NCBI GenBank assembly: GCA_030248215.1
Contig: JASANG010002570.1
Location: 1-64,000 of the forward strand
Reading direction: 5' to 3'
Source of the DNA: Enoplolaimus lenunculus
Taxonomy: Eukaryota
DNA length: 64,000 bases
Part shown: positions 63,108 to 64,000 of the stretch, piece by piece
Layout of the letters: every line of letters starts with the position of its first letter
Position numbering within the stretch: the first letter of the stretch is position 1
The notes under the pieces: model-generated
What the model saw: only the letters and a program-made list of their open reading frames with translations
Databases searched by the model: none
What the model was told of the DNA's origin: nothing
Position numbers and translations under genes: made by a program

Positions 63108-64000
63108 GTTGTATTATCCGAAATTTTTATGGCTTGAAGTTGTTTACAACTTTGGGGCGGATTTTGAATTTTATTTTTGCAGGTTGAGCAAACAGACTAG
63201 CAGCAATCAAAAATCGTTTCGCAGTGCAAAAGTGTATCAGATTAAACTCTCGTTTGACACTGAAACGCGAAGTTTTTTGCTAAAATAACACTACACTGCA
63301 AGAAAATGGTGAGTCAAATTGACTCTCTCCGAAATAGTCTATTCCGGACTACTCAAACTGAGTCAAACTCAACTCCGTAAAAGGTAACCGTGAGTCGAAT
63401 TTGAGTCTGGCCGAGTCGAACTTGTCTCAGTTTGTGTAGTTCCGAAAAGACTATTTTGAAGAGAATCAATTTGACTCACCATTTGTTGCAGTAAAGACTC
63501 GATATTTGAATTGATTTTACCGTTTCACCATTGGTGAAAGGTGCAAAAAACTCTTTACTGAGACCGAGTATTTTTGTTGCTTCAAATATAAAAGCCGAAA
63601 CGAGCACTGTTCAACGTATCTTTACCTCCCACATGATAAATCAATGAACTTATCACCTCGCGATTGAGAAATATTTTTAATTAAGAGTACATTTCAAGTA
63701 CTGTACTTCATGCTACGTACACAATAATTTTTGAAGATCCCAACAGGGCGTTCAAGTATGTATCCTTGTATTTCTAAAGTGCATCTTACCGAGAACAATT
63801 AATAGACATTTACATAGAACATTTTGACTCAAATTTGTTTCGTGGAGGGGTGGTTTCAGGGGTCAACCCCCCGTTAGGATTTTTGTAAATTTTCAATTTG
63901 TAACGCATGAACCCTCGGTATTAAAAATTTTTGTACAGCATAATACCCCCGTTTCTAAAATTCAGGGGCTACGCTCATGTCAGTAATGTTTGAGAATGGG

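Overview
AT-rich eukaryotic genomic DNA, probably from an invertebrate animal; the organism cannot be fixed from sequence alone. No long ORF in the track is a credible protein. The window is a dense mosaic of non-autonomous DNA transposons (MITEs) with at least six terminus/target-site-duplication (TSD) signatures: GG..CC with 8 bp, CAG..CTG with 8 bp, CAC..GTG with 2 bp, TA, TAA and TTAA. The dominant family has about 30 copies or fragments in three subfamilies, with GGCC(C/A)ATGT termini, 8-bp TSDs and strand-polarised internal TTAGGC (nematode-type telomere hexamer) arrays. A 2.36-kb foldback element with the same termini is nested in one copy. A piggyBac-like TTAA MITE family carries an internal tRNA-derived Pol III promoter. 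Also present: a spliced minus-strand gene of small exons (5175 down to 281, running off the window start; hydrophobic N-terminus, N-glycosylated S/T-rich stem), two decayed LINE reverse-transcriptase remnants, tRNA-derived SINE-like heads, mini- and microsatellites, and a 711-nt T-free A/C tract (1928-2638) that is probably a read or consensus artefact. All calls were made by eye with no database search.
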